Part shown: piece by piece, positions 8,932 to 19,000 of the stretch
How positions within the stretch are numbered: the stretch's first letter is position 1
How the letters are laid out: each line of letters opens with the position of its first letter
Assembly: GCA_034436335.1 (NCBI GenBank)
Contig: DAOTVO010000025.1
Span: forward strand, 28,921 to 92,920
Origin: Anaerolineales bacterium
GTDB taxonomy: Bacteria; Chloroflexota; Anaerolineae; Anaerolineales; Villigracilaceae
Direction of reading: 5' to 3'
Length of the DNA stretch: 64,000 bases
The notes under the pieces: model-generated
Databases searched by the model: none
Told to the model about the DNA's origin: nothing
What the model saw: the letters and a program-made list of their open reading frames with translations, nothing else
Made by a program: the position numbers and the translations under genes

Positions 8932-9498
8932 ATGACCCACCCGACCCAAATTTTTCTCTCCAACCCGCAGGCCCTGCGCGTGGAATACCGCCTGGACGAT
9001 TCGCGCCTGCTCTTGTGGTGGTCGCCGCTGGCGGGCAAATCCACCGCTTGCGCCGACCGCAATTACTCGCACCGCGATGACCACCTGGAGATTTTCCAGG
9101 AAATCGTCCTGCCTGGCTGCGGGCTGGAGTCGTTCCTGCGCTGTGACTACGACCCGTATCACAGCGTTCTCTACTTCGAGGGGCAAACCCTGCACCTGGC
9201 GGTGCGCGCCGATACCGCCGCCGTTTTGCTGTGGGGCGAGAATCCGCTCGCGGTAGCGTTGAAAACCTTTCGGCACGATGAAATTCTCGCAGCAGAAGCG
9301 CGCCTGTTCTACGTCCAACACCCAGAGCCGCGCTTCACCTTCGAGTTCGCCGCCTGCGCCGGGGCGGGGCAAGGACACATCCGCTACAGCCCCATCCACG
9401 CGCCCGAAAACAGCCGCTACGCGCGGGCGGAACTCTCCGCCGGGCAGCTGTTCGTAATCGGGAGCGGGCTGCGGGCGAAAAAATCCACGCCCGTTTGA
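8932..9498 (+). CDS. hypothetical protein, probably the N-terminal domain of the next ORF (split gene)
   Basis: 188-aa ORF whose TGA (9496-9498) overlaps the TTG start of ORF 9495..11180. Adding one A to the A6 run at 9478-9483 fuses the two frames (...GLRAKKIHARLTEAAQ...). Confidence 0.5.
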   Translation: MTHPTQIFLSNPQALRVEYRLDDSRLLLWWSPLAGKSTACADRNYSHRDDHLEIFQEIVLPGCGLESFLRCDYDPYHSVLYFEGQTLHLAVRADTAAVLLWGENPLAVALKTFRHDEILAAEARLFYVQHPEPRFTFEFAACAGAGQGHIRYSPIHAPENSRYARAELSAGQLFVIGSGLRAKKSTPV

Positions 9499-11180
9499 CG
9501 GAAGCCGCCCAAAAGCCAGCAGCCAGCCACTTAAACGAGACCGAATCCCTTCTCCACGACATCGAAAAAAGCGGCTGCACCCGCTCACGCACTCATCCGC
9601 AACTGGAAGCCCTGCGCCGTAAGGTGATTCGCGGTTTGCATTCGATGATTGACGAGAGCGGGGCGTTTCGGGCTTCGCTCAAGGCGATTTATTACCTGAT
9701 TTGGGTGCGCGACGCCGGGTTTGCCTTCCCGTTCATGGCGGCAGCGGGCTGGGCGCATAAACTGGCAGAACTGGGGCGGCTCTTGCTCGACAACCCGACC
9801 CTGGTGGATGAACCCGCCCTGCCGCGCGGACAGATGTTTGGGCAGTTGATTCACCGCACGTTTGGGCGGCTGGAAGAAGACGGGATTTTTTACGTCGTCT
9901 GGACGCTTTTTACGCATTGGACGCAGTGCGGACACCTGGATTTCGTCACGCCCGCCGATTGGGAGTTGCTCGACGAAGCCCTGCATTGGGTGGAGCAGGC
10001 GACGTGGGACGAAATGCACGGGCTGTACGGCGGTCATTTTGCCGATGAGACGCCCACCGTCGGGCACCGCGACTGCGGCGTGGATTTTGCCATCGGCAAG
10101 CCCGTGCCGCTGGCGGGCGATGGGCTGCGCTGGCAGGGGCAGGGCGTGACGCGCAATTACGATGTCTATTTCAACCTGCTCCTGCACAGCACCTACGCCA
10201 TGCTGGCAGCCATGCGGCGCGAACCGCGTTACCTGGAGCGCGCCGGGCGCGTGTGGACGGAACTGGAACGCCTGCTGAAGACCCGCAGCGCGGGCATTCC
10301 GGTCTATGCCGAGCAAACCCTGGAGAGCGGCGCGCGCGTCACCGTGCCGCATTGGGGACAGGCGCCCAGCTGCGCCCTGTGGGGGCTGACTCTGCCCAAT
10401 TTTGCCCCGCTGGACGATTGGGACGCCGTGCTTGCCGCCGTGCTGGACGCAGTGATTGCCCAGCCCGATATGCACTGGATAAACGGGCTGTGTTCCGCGC
10501 TGGCTGCCGCCGACCCCTGGCTGTACCCGGAAGAAAAATTGCTCGCCCTGCACCAACGGATTGCCGAAGAGACCGAACGCCCCGGCAAATTCCTGCCGAT
10601 GGGCGGCGCCATGCCCGAAAAGTTCAACGCCCCGCAGGGCAGCCTGTATCACGACATCCGCCCGCAAGGCTTTGCGATGGGCGCCTGGCTGGGCGCGTGG
10701 ACGGCGCTCGGTCTGCGCCGCCTGCCCTATGGATTGGCGCTGCGCCCAACGGCGGCTTTCGAGCGTATCGAAGCCTATCCCTGGCGCGGCAGCACACTCG
10801 AAATCGAGTTTGGCGCGACCGGTCACGCGCTGGGGCTGGAGATAGACGGGCAGCCTGTCCCCGGCACGCTGCAACTGCCGCAAAATCGGCTAAAAGCGGG
10901 GGAGACGCACGCGATTCGACTCGTCCCCGCGCCGGAAAGCCCCCTGCTGCTGCGTTCATCGGTCCAATTGGAAGACGTGGAACGCGCCGAAGCCGAAACC
11001 TGTTACCGTTTCAGCGCCTTTGGACTCGCCCAAATGACCTTCTCCGCCCCGCTGCCCGCCGCCGCGCTGACCGATTCGGACGGCAACCCGCTTCCCTGCC
11101 GCTGGACGCAGGATTCCGGGCTGCATACCTGCTGGTTCGAGCATTTCGGCGCGGGCAGGCTGATGATAGGGGAGGCATGA
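9495..11180 (+). CDS. putative (alpha/alpha)6-barrel glycoside-hydrolase-like protein
   Basis: 561-aa ORF. The LIWVRDAGFAFPF motif is reminiscent of the GH15/GH63-type WxRD motif. The family is not assigned. The frame is open upstream of the TTG start. Confidence 0.55.
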   Translation: MTEAAQKPAASHLNETESLLHDIEKSGCTRSRTHPQLEALRRKVIRGLHSMIDESGAFRASLKAIYYLIWVRDAGFAFPFMAAAGWAHKLAELGRLLLDNPTLVDEPALPRGQMFGQLIHRTFGRLEEDGIFYVVWTLFTHWTQCGHLDFVTPADWELLDEALHWVEQATWDEMHGLYGGHFADETPTVGHRDCGVDFAIGKPVPLAGDGLRWQGQGVTRNYDVYFNLLLHSTYAMLAAMRREPRYLERAGRVWTELERLLKTRSAGIPVYAEQTLESGARVTVPHWGQAPSCALWGLTLPNFAPLDDWDAVLAAVLDAVIAQPDMHWINGLCSALAAADPWLYPEEKLLALHQRIAEETERPGKFLPMGGAMPEKFNAPQGSLYHDIRPQGFAMGAWLGAWTALGLRRLPYGLALRPTAAFERIEAYPWRGSTLEIEFGATGHALGLEIDGQPVPGTLQLPQNRLKAGETHAIRLVPAPESPLLLRSSVQLEDVERAEAETCYRFSAFGLAQMTFSAPLPAAALTDSDGNPLPCRWTQDSGLHTCWFEHFGAGRLMIGEA

Positions 11181-11202
11181 TTCGCTCTCTCCCTCACCCT
11201 AA

Positions 11203-11223
11203 CCCTCTCCCGCAGGGAGAGGG
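11203..11223. repeat. REP-like hairpin CCCTCTCCC-GCA-GGGAGAGGG
   Basis: 9-bp perfect stem and 3-nt loop, 23 nt after the stop at 11180. It translates as ...NPLPQGEGY, a pattern seen again in-frame inside ygiQ (42119-42158). Confidence 0.8.
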
Positions 11224-11405
11224 ATACTGACCACTGACCACTGATAACTGATAACTGCCATGACCATCTCCACCTACACCTACCCCCCTCCTGTCCGTCC
11301 TCTCCGACCTACCGCCTTGCCGCCGAAGGACAACCCCAATTCGTCTATCACACCGCCGTTGCCGATTTCGCCGCCTTTGGCGCGGATTCCCCCGTCTGCG
11401 TCGAA

Positions 11406-12563
11406 GTGACGCTGCCTGCCGGAACGGGCACGGCGGCGGTGCATCCGCTCAGCCGGGGCATTTCATCTGAACGCGCGGGGGATATTCTGCACTTCACCCT
11501 GCCGGGCGCGGGCAATTACCTCCTCCAGCCCGAAGGACTGAACCCGCTCTTTCTCTACGTCAACCCGCTCGACCTGAACCTGCCCGCCAACAGTTCAAAC
11601 GTGCGCCGCATCCCCGCCGGAACGCTGGTGGAAGCGGGCAGCCTGACCCTGCAAAGCGGCGAAACCCTGTGCATCGAACCCGGTGCGGTCTTGCGCGGCA
11701 CGGTGCGCGTCTCAAACGCCGAAAACGTCACCATTTGCGGCGGCGGGATTCTGGACGGCGGTTACACCGGCGCGCCGCTGGAGCGTCCGCGCACCCGCCT
11801 GCTGGTCGCCGAAGGCTGCCAGAACGTCACCATCCGCGACATCATCCTGATTCAGCCCGAAGTGTGGATGTTGGTCATCGGCGCGTGCCAGCAGGTGCAT
11901 ATCCACAACCTGCGTGAGATTGGCGAAGTCATCTCCTCCGATGGCATGGACGTAGTCGGCTCGCGCGATGTTCTCATCGAAAACTGCTGCCTGCGCAACA
12001 ACGATGACTGCATCGTCATCAAATCCACGCCCGGCGACAGCCCGCTGGGGGTGGACTGGCGCGGGGACGTGGAAAACGTCACGGCGCGCAACTGCGTCCT
12101 GTGGAACGCCCCGGCGGGCAACGCGCTCGAAATCGGTCACGAGTTGCAGGCGGAGCATATCCGCGACATCCGCTTTGAAGACATAGACATCATTTGCGTT
12201 CACGGTCACGGCGCGCCGTTCAGCATTCACAACGGCGACCGCGCAATGGTGGAGAACGTGGTCTTTGAAGCCATCCGCGTGGAGCATCACTTCGACAAAC
12301 TGATAGACTTTCGCATCATGCGCTCGCGCTACAACCTGGACGAAGAACGCGGACAGGTGCGCAACGTCACCCTGCGCAATATCGAAGTGACCGAGAGCGT
12401 CTTCAACCCTGGCTACACCATCTCGGTCATCGGCGGCTGGGACGCGCAGCACACCATCGCCGGCGTCCACTTCGAGAACTTCCGGCTGGGCGGGCGGCGT
12501 ATGTTGAAGCCCGAAGACCTGCCGCTCTACACCGCCCATTGTCGCGAGATTACGTTTTGTTAA
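11406..12563 (+). CDS. GH28-like right-handed beta-helix glycosidase (polygalacturonase/rhamnogalacturonase superfamily)
   Basis: SSDGMDVVGSRDVLIENCCLRNNDDCIVIKS matches the GH28 catalytic pattern (D..., DDC.[AV]IK). The frame is open and protein-like upstream to 11238. The probable true ATG at 11260 is out of frame. Confidence 0.75.
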   Translation: MTLPAGTGTAAVHPLSRGISSERAGDILHFTLPGAGNYLLQPEGLNPLFLYVNPLDLNLPANSSNVRRIPAGTLVEAGSLTLQSGETLCIEPGAVLRGTVRVSNAENVTICGGGILDGGYTGAPLERPRTRLLVAEGCQNVTIRDIILIQPEVWMLVIGACQQVHIHNLREIGEVISSDGMDVVGSRDVLIENCCLRNNDDCIVIKSTPGDSPLGVDWRGDVENVTARNCVLWNAPAGNALEIGHELQAEHIRDIRFEDIDIICVHGHGAPFSIHNGDRAMVENVVFEAIRVEHHFDKLIDFRIMRSRYNLDEERGQVRNVTLRNIEVTESVFNPGYTISVIGGWDAQHTIAGVHFENFRLGGRRMLKPEDLPLYTAHCREITFC

Positions 12564-12603
12564 ACCCGATCAGCCTAAAAGATGTTTTGAAAGAATTGAC
12601 CCC

Positions 12604-14055
12604 ATGACCCACTACCTCGCCCTCGACCTCGGCGCCGAAAGCGGACGCGCCATCCTTGGCAGCCTCGCTGACGGCAAACTGACCCTCACCGAAACGCACC
12701 GCTTCCCCAACGGCGCTGTCCAACTGCCCGACGGCTTGTATTGGGACGTGCTGCGCCTGTGGCAGGAAATTCAGCGCGCCATCGCCCTCTCCGCCGCGCA
12801 GGCTCCGCTTGCCAGCCTCGGCATTGACACCTGGGGCGTAGATTTCGCCCTGCTCGATGAAACCGGCGCGCTGCTTGCCAATCCCCGTCATTACCGCGAC
12901 CCGCGCACCGACGGCATCCTGGCAGCCGCCTTTCAGCGTGTGCCGCGTCCACAAATCTTTGCCCAAACCGGCATTCAATTTCTCCCATTCAACACGCTAT
13001 ACCAGCTGCTTGCCCTCTCGCGCCAGCAGCCCTCTCTGCTGCAGGCTGCCCACACCCTGCTCACCATCCCCGACCTGTTCAACTACTGGCTGAGCGGCAC
13101 AATTGTTTGTGAATTTACCAACGCGACAACGACTCAATGCTTCGACCCCCTCCGCCGCAACTGGGCTTTTCCCTTGCTCGAAGCGCTTGAACTTCCTACC
13201 CGCATCCTGCCTCCCGTTTGTGAACCGGGAACCCTCCTGGGGCATTTATCCGCTCCTCCGCAGCCGCAATCCGCTCCCATCTCCGTGATTGCCCCTGCCT
13301 GCCACGACACCGGCTCGGCGGTCGCTGCCGTCCCCGCTGAAGGCACAGATTTTGCCTGGCTCAGTTCCGGCACCTGGAGCATCATGGGCGTCGAAGCCGC
13401 TTCCCCCTGCCTCGATGAGCGCGCCCTCGCCTACAACTTCACCAACGAAGGCGGGGTGTTTGGCGCCTGGCGGCTCTCTAAAAACATCATGGGCTTGTGG
13501 CTTATGCAGGAATGCAAACGCGAGTGGGGACTCTCCTACGATGAAATCACCCAACTGGCTGCCCAAGTCCAACCCTTTCTGGCGGTGATTGACCCCGATG
13601 CCGACCTCTTCCTGCGCCCCGGCGGCATGCCCGCCCGAATTCAGCAGTTCTGCGCCCGCAGCCGACAGCCCGTCCCCCAAACGCGCGGCGAAATCGCCCG
13701 CGTTGCGCTCGAAAGCCTGGCGCTCAAATACCGTCTGGTGCTGGAACGCCTCGAAACCCTCACCGGCAAACGCCTCGCCCCCCTGCACATCATCGGCGGT
13801 GGCACAAAGAACCGCCTGCTCAACCAGTTCACCGCCGACTGCCTCAACCGCCCGGTCATTGCCGGTCCCGTCGAAGCCACCGCCATCGGCAACCTGCTGA
13901 TGCAAGCAATCGCCCTGGGGCATCTCTCCAGCCTGAAAGAAGCCCGCGCCCTGGTGCGCCGCTCGTTTGATGTGGAAACTTTCCTGCCCAGCCAGCGTGA
14001 TGGTTGGGATGCCGCCTACGCTCAATTGCTTTCTTTGCTCAAGGAGTCAGCATGA
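12604..14055 (+). CDS. rhaB: rhamnulokinase (FGGY family)
   Basis: MTHYLALDLGAESGRAILG...HRFPN...YWD N-terminus and FGGY C-terminal motifs. Followed by rhaD and rhaA. Confidence 0.85.
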   Translation: MTHYLALDLGAESGRAILGSLADGKLTLTETHRFPNGAVQLPDGLYWDVLRLWQEIQRAIALSAAQAPLASLGIDTWGVDFALLDETGALLANPRHYRDPRTDGILAAAFQRVPRPQIFAQTGIQFLPFNTLYQLLALSRQQPSLLQAAHTLLTIPDLFNYWLSGTIVCEFTNATTTQCFDPLRRNWAFPLLEALELPTRILPPVCEPGTLLGHLSAPPQPQSAPISVIAPACHDTGSAVAAVPAEGTDFAWLSSGTWSIMGVEAASPCLDERALAYNFTNEGGVFGAWRLSKNIMGLWLMQECKREWGLSYDEITQLAAQVQPFLAVIDPDADLFLRPGGMPARIQQFCARSRQPVPQTRGEIARVALESLALKYRLVLERLETLTGKRLAPLHIIGGGTKNRLLNQFTADCLNRPVIAGPVEATAIGNLLMQAIALGHLSSLKEARALVRRSFDVETFLPSQRDGWDAAYAQLLSLLKESA

Positions 14056-14864
14056 ACCATTCTCCCCTCCATGACCTGCTCGAACAAATCGGACAGGCAG
14101 GTCGCCGCCTTGCCGAAATCGAAGCCAGCGAAGGCGCGGCGGGTAATATTTCGGTTTGCCTGCGCCAGCCGCTCATGCCCGATGCGCTTTTCCCCAACGC
14201 AAGCCCGTTCACCCTGCCCCAGCCCGCCCCAGCCCTGGCAGGCGCAACCCTCATTGTCAGCGGCTCAGGACGGCGCCTGCGCGAAATTTTGGATGACCCC
14301 ACCGCACACCTGGCTTGTGTGCAAGTCAACGCCGATGGTGTCAGCGCCCAACTGCGCACCGCCCCCAACCGCCGCTTCGAGCGCATCAGCAGCGAATTTA
14401 ATTCGCATCTGGCAGTCCATCACGACCACATCAGCGCCAGCGGCATTGATTTCCATGCCGTCATCCATGCCCAACCCATGCGCCTGACCTACCTCAGCCA
14501 CATTCCGCGCTATGCCGACTTTCACGCCCTCAACACCCGCCTGCTGCGCTGGCAGCCAGAGACGATTGTCCACCTGCCCGAAGGGATTGGTTTCATGCCC
14601 TTCCGGGTGCCTGGCTCTAGCGACATGATGGCAGGCAATCTCGAACTGCTGCGCCGCCACAAAATTGTTGTCTGGGCAAAACACGGCGTCATGGCGCGCT
14701 CGTCTCACTCCGTCAAGCACGCCGCCGACCTGGTGGAATACGCCGAAACCGCCGCCAAATACGAGTACCTGAACCTGTGCGCGGGCGAAATTGGCGAAGG
14801 TCTCACTCCCGAAGAAATCCGCGCCATTTGCGCCGCGTTCAACATTCAGCAGGAGATTTTCTGA
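14052..14864 (+). CDS. rhaD: rhamnulose-1-phosphate aldolase (class II aldolase/adducin fold)
   Basis: ATG 14052 overlaps the rhaB stop (ATGA), with AGGAG 14042-14046. EGAAGNISV motif. Confidence 0.8.
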   Translation: MNHSPLHDLLEQIGQAGRRLAEIEASEGAAGNISVCLRQPLMPDALFPNASPFTLPQPAPALAGATLIVSGSGRRLREILDDPTAHLACVQVNADGVSAQLRTAPNRRFERISSEFNSHLAVHHDHISASGIDFHAVIHAQPMRLTYLSHIPRYADFHALNTRLLRWQPETIVHLPEGIGFMPFRVPGSSDMMAGNLELLRRHKIVVWAKHGVMARSSHSVKHAADLVEYAETAAKYEYLNLCAGEIGEGLTPEEIRAICAAFNIQQEIF

Positions 14865-14865
14865 C

Positions 14866-15917
14866 ATGCCCACCGAATCCCAAATCCACTCCGCCTACGC
14901 CCTCGCCAAAGAGCGCTACGCCGCCCTGGGCGTGGACACCGATTCCGCCCTCAACACCCTCGCCACCGTCTCCCTCTCCCTGCACTGCTGGCAGGGCGAT
15001 GACGTGGGCGGCTTCGAGAACCCCGGCGGCGCGCTCACCGGCGGCATCGCCGCCACCGGCAACTACCCCGGCAAAGCCCGCAACGCCGACGAACTGCGCC
15101 GCGACCTGGACGTGGTCTACCGCCTGCTGCCCGGCACACACCGCCTCAACCTGCACGCCATCTACCTCGAAGCCGACACCCCAGTCGAGCGCAACGCCAT
15201 AGAACCGCGTCACTTTTCCGGCTGGGTAGATTGGGCGCGGGCAAACGGTCACGGGCTGGACTTCAACCCCGCCTGCTGCTCGAATCCCTCGACCGAATCC
15301 TGGCTGAAAAACTGCCCCACACCCTCGATTCCGTCGAACCCAAACTGTTTGGCATCGGTTCCGAGAGTTACGTCACCGGCTCGATGGAGTTCTACACCGC
15401 CTACGCCGTCAGCCGCCGCGTCCTGCTCACCCTCGACAGCGGACACTTCCACCCCACCGAAACCATCGCCGACAAAATCTCCTCCCTGCTGCTCTACCTC
15501 GATGAACTGCTGCTGCACGTCAGCCGCGGCGTCCGTTGGGACAGCGACCATGTGGTCACCTTCAACGATGACCTGCAAGCCATCGCGCAAGAAATCGTCC
15601 GCGCCAATGCGCTTCCCCGCGTCCACATCGGGCTGGATTACTTCGACGCCAGCATCAATCGAGTCGCCGCCTGGACAATTGGCGCGCGCAACACCCTGCG
15701 GGCGCTGCTCAACGCCCTGCTAGAGCCGCGTGAACTGCTCGCCCGCTACGAAGCCGAAGGCGACTTCACCAGCCGCCTGGCGCTGCAGGAAGAACTCAAG
15801 TCCATGCCCTCCGGCGCGGTTTGGGAGTATTACTGCCTGCAAAAAGGCGCGCCTTCCGGCATAGACGCCCTGCGCGTCATCAAAGCGTACGAACAGACTG
15901 AATTGTCGAAACGCTAG
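14866..15917 (+). pseudogene. rhaA: L-rhamnose isomerase with an internal out-of-frame deletion
   Basis: The N-terminal part lies in the frame of ORF 14791..15723 ([18 protein letters not shown]...GLDFNPAC). The C-terminal part lies in the frame of ORF 15231..15917 ([14 protein letters not shown]...[10 protein letters not shown]...GHFHPTE...[14 protein letters not shown]...). Total length is 1052 nt, which is not a multiple of 3. Confidence 0.8.
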
Positions 15918-15944
15918 CGTGCTTGGCGACAATCGCCCTCAATA

Positions 15945-15988
15945 CCGCCAGGTTCTGAAAAAAAACCGCCGTTTTTTGCACCTGGCGG
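15945..15988 (+). terminator. long interrupted hairpin downstream of rhaA
   Basis: CCGCCAGGT (15945-15953) pairs with ACCTGGCGG (15980-15988). An inner AAAAAAC/GTTTTTT stem lies between them. No U-run follows the outer stem, so a terminator role is uncertain. Confidence 0.4.
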
Positions 15989-16079
15989 CATGCGGCGCAG
16001 ACGAATGGCTGCTGACCCTGCCGCCCGTTTCGGGGGGCATTTATTCGCTCTAAAGCCGACCTCGTTTTTGTAGAATTGG

Positions 16080-19000
16080 ATGACCTGCCATGAAACGCGC
16101 CGTCCTGCTCTTTTTGACGCTTGGGATTCTCCTGCTCTCCGGCTGCTCCCCCGCGCCAGAACCTGCTCCCAGCCCAAGCCCTTCCATCACGCCGACTCCT
16201 GCTCCCGTTTCGACAGCGCCTCCCCCTCCTGGGACGGACTGGCGAACCCATCACTCTGGCAGGGCGGCGGCGACTATCTGCTCGAAGCGGCGGACGGCGC
16301 GCTCATCGTCCATGCCAACAAAATCAGCCCCAACGCCGCCCTCGAAGCCGCCTTCCCCCCGCTCGACCTGCGCGCCGCGCCCTACGCCAGCCTGACCGCC
16401 CTCTCCGACATCTTCGCGAATATCACCGTCGGGCTGGTGGACGCCAGCGGCGGCGAAGCCTGGCTGATTGGCAACTACGCCAACCGCGAGATGGCGCACG
16501 GCGCGCACCCGCTGACGCATTTCTTCGACTTCTCCGGCGCGCGCATTGACCTCAGCCGCGTGGCAGCCCTGCGCATCGTCTGCAATCGCGGCGCACCCAC
16601 CTGCCGCGCCGACTTCCGCCTGACCGACATCCGCCTCGGCGCAGACGCCATCCGTTCCCTCGCCTACGCCCCCCTGCCGGATGTCGAAGTCGTCCTCGGC
16701 GATACCCCTCTGCCGGTCGTCCCCTTCCCCCTCAGCCGCGACGACGCTGCCCAAACCTGGCGCGCCGACTTCCCCCCGGAACTCGTCGCTGCGGGCGAAT
16801 TTCGGGCTGGGCAGTTCGTCTACAGCCTCACCGGTCAGACCGGGCGCGGCACAATCACCCTGACGGGCGAACGGGACGGGAAAACCGTCCAACTCGCCTT
16901 CGACCTGACCGTCTCCGCCAACCAGCCGCCGCGCCTCTCGCCGCCCGATGACCAGACCCTCGCCGTCGGCGACACCCTCACCCTGCGCCTGACCGCTCTC
17001 GATGACGGCGACCCGGCTGCGGCGCAAGCCCTCGCCCTCAGCGCCGTCAGCGCCGACCCCGCCATCGCCGCTGTTCAAGCCCTCGAGCACGATGGGCGCA
17101 GCCGCTGGGCAAATCTTACCCTCCAGGCAGCCGCCGCCGGAGAGACGCAAATCACCCTGACGTTGACCGATGAGCGCGACGCGAGCGTCTCGCAAACCTT
17201 CGCCGTCACCGTCTACCCCGAACTCAACCGCCCGCCGTCCTTCGACCTGCCCGCTGTTCTTTCCCTGCCCGCTGGCGGCGAACTGCGCCAGCCCATCACC
17301 GACATCTCTGCCGGGGAGCCGGGGCAGCGCGTCACCTTCACGGCGCAATCCGACACGCCGGGGCTGACCGCCCGCCTCGAAGGCGCGACCCTCGTCCTGC
17401 GCGCCGACCCCGCCCTGAGCGGCGAAGCCCGCCTCACCCTCACCGCCACAGATAACGGCGGCAATCCGCGCAACCAGGGCAATGCCTCCGCCAGCCGCGC
17501 AGTCACCGTCCGCATCCTGTCCTCCGCCCTGACGGGCTTCCGCGACCCCTTCGACGGTCCCGCTGTTGCCCCTGCGCTCGCCGGAAGCGGCGAAGGCGCG
17601 CACAGCCTCGCCATCGAAGACGGTGCGCTGCGCGTGGACGTGGACAAATACGCCACCAACAACCCCTGGGCAGGCTTGTGGTACACGCCGCCCGGTCTGC
17701 TCGACCTGACGGAAAACCCGGTCATCACCCTGCGCATGAAAGCCGACCGCCCGACCGCCATGCTCATCTTCCTGTGGGACGCCGATGACCGCTACAACAC
17801 CGCCGGCACCGCCACCGTCATCGTGGGCACCGAGTGGAAGGACTACACCCTCGATTTTTCCGGCAAAAACCTCGATTCCGAAGGGCGCGCGGTGGATTTC
17901 TCGCGCCTGAAAGCCCTCTTGTTCAACTTCGCGCCCGGTCAAATGCACCGCGGCACGCTCTGGCTGGACGATATGCGCGTCGGGACGGAAGCCGCCGTCC
18001 GCGCCGCGCCGCCCGCGCTGGTCATCCACGCCCCGCCGCGCCTCACTCTCTTGCCGGGCAGCGCCGCCGCCGAAACGCTGACGGTCTCCGGTCTGCTGGG
18101 GGATGAAACGGTGGAATTGAGCGACGCCGCGCCCGGACTCTTGACCGACTCCCGGCTCGTTCCGCAGGGCGACGGGCGCTTCCTGCTCACGCTGAAAACG
18201 GCTGCCGATAAAACGGGTCTTGCCCGCCTGAAAGTGACCGTCTCCGCCCCCGATGGGCGCCGCGCCGAAAAATTCATAGACATCATCCTGCCCGACCTGC
18301 CCCCCGCCGACCTCTTGACCCTCGACCGCGCTGCCCGCTACCAGACGATAGACGGCTTTGGCGCGTTTCTCGGCACGGGCGTCTGGGGGCGCGACAAGCA
18401 AGACCTGGCGCTGCCCTTCGTGCAGGATTTGAACATCACCGTTGCCCGCTTCGGCATCATTGATACCGACTTCGAGCCGCGCAACGACAACGCCAACCCG
18501 TATGTGACCGATTTCGACGCTTTCGACCGCGCCGCCCTGCCCCTGGAGTGGCTGCGCCGCCTGCAAGCCGAAAGCGCCATAGACAAGTACATCCTCACCG
18601 TCTGGAGTCCGCCGGACTGGATGAAAAAGGGACGCACGCGGTCAGCCATCACCGGTTCGGGCGAGAACTTTGTGGAAGAACGCTACTACGAAGAATACGC
18701 CGAGTTTCTGGCGGCGATTGTTCACGTTGTCCGTGAAGAGACCGGCATTGAACTGTACGCCATCTCCGTGCAGAACGAGCCGCAGTTCAACGAGCCGTAT
18801 GCTTCCGCCCTCTTGCCCGCCGACAAAATGGCGCAGGTGCTGGATGTCGCCGCCCGCCGCTTCGCCGCCGAAGGCATTCAGACCCGCCTGTTCATGCCCG
18901 AAGCCCTGCCGCAGCAAAAGGGCATTGACGACTACATCGCCGAACTCGACCGCCTGCCCGCCGCCAGCCAAGCGGTGGAACTCATCGCCATTCACAACTA

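Noticed and set aside
14791-14865. Upstream extension of the rhaA frame (ORF-track start 14791), and similarly the 14004 start for rhaD, 4421 for GH130, 5638 for GH94, 47932 for livH and 50920 for the SBP.
   Set aside because: These extensions overlap the preceding gene or lack an RBS. Internal ATG codons preceded by AGGAG/GGAG, which give N-termini matching the protein families, were preferred.
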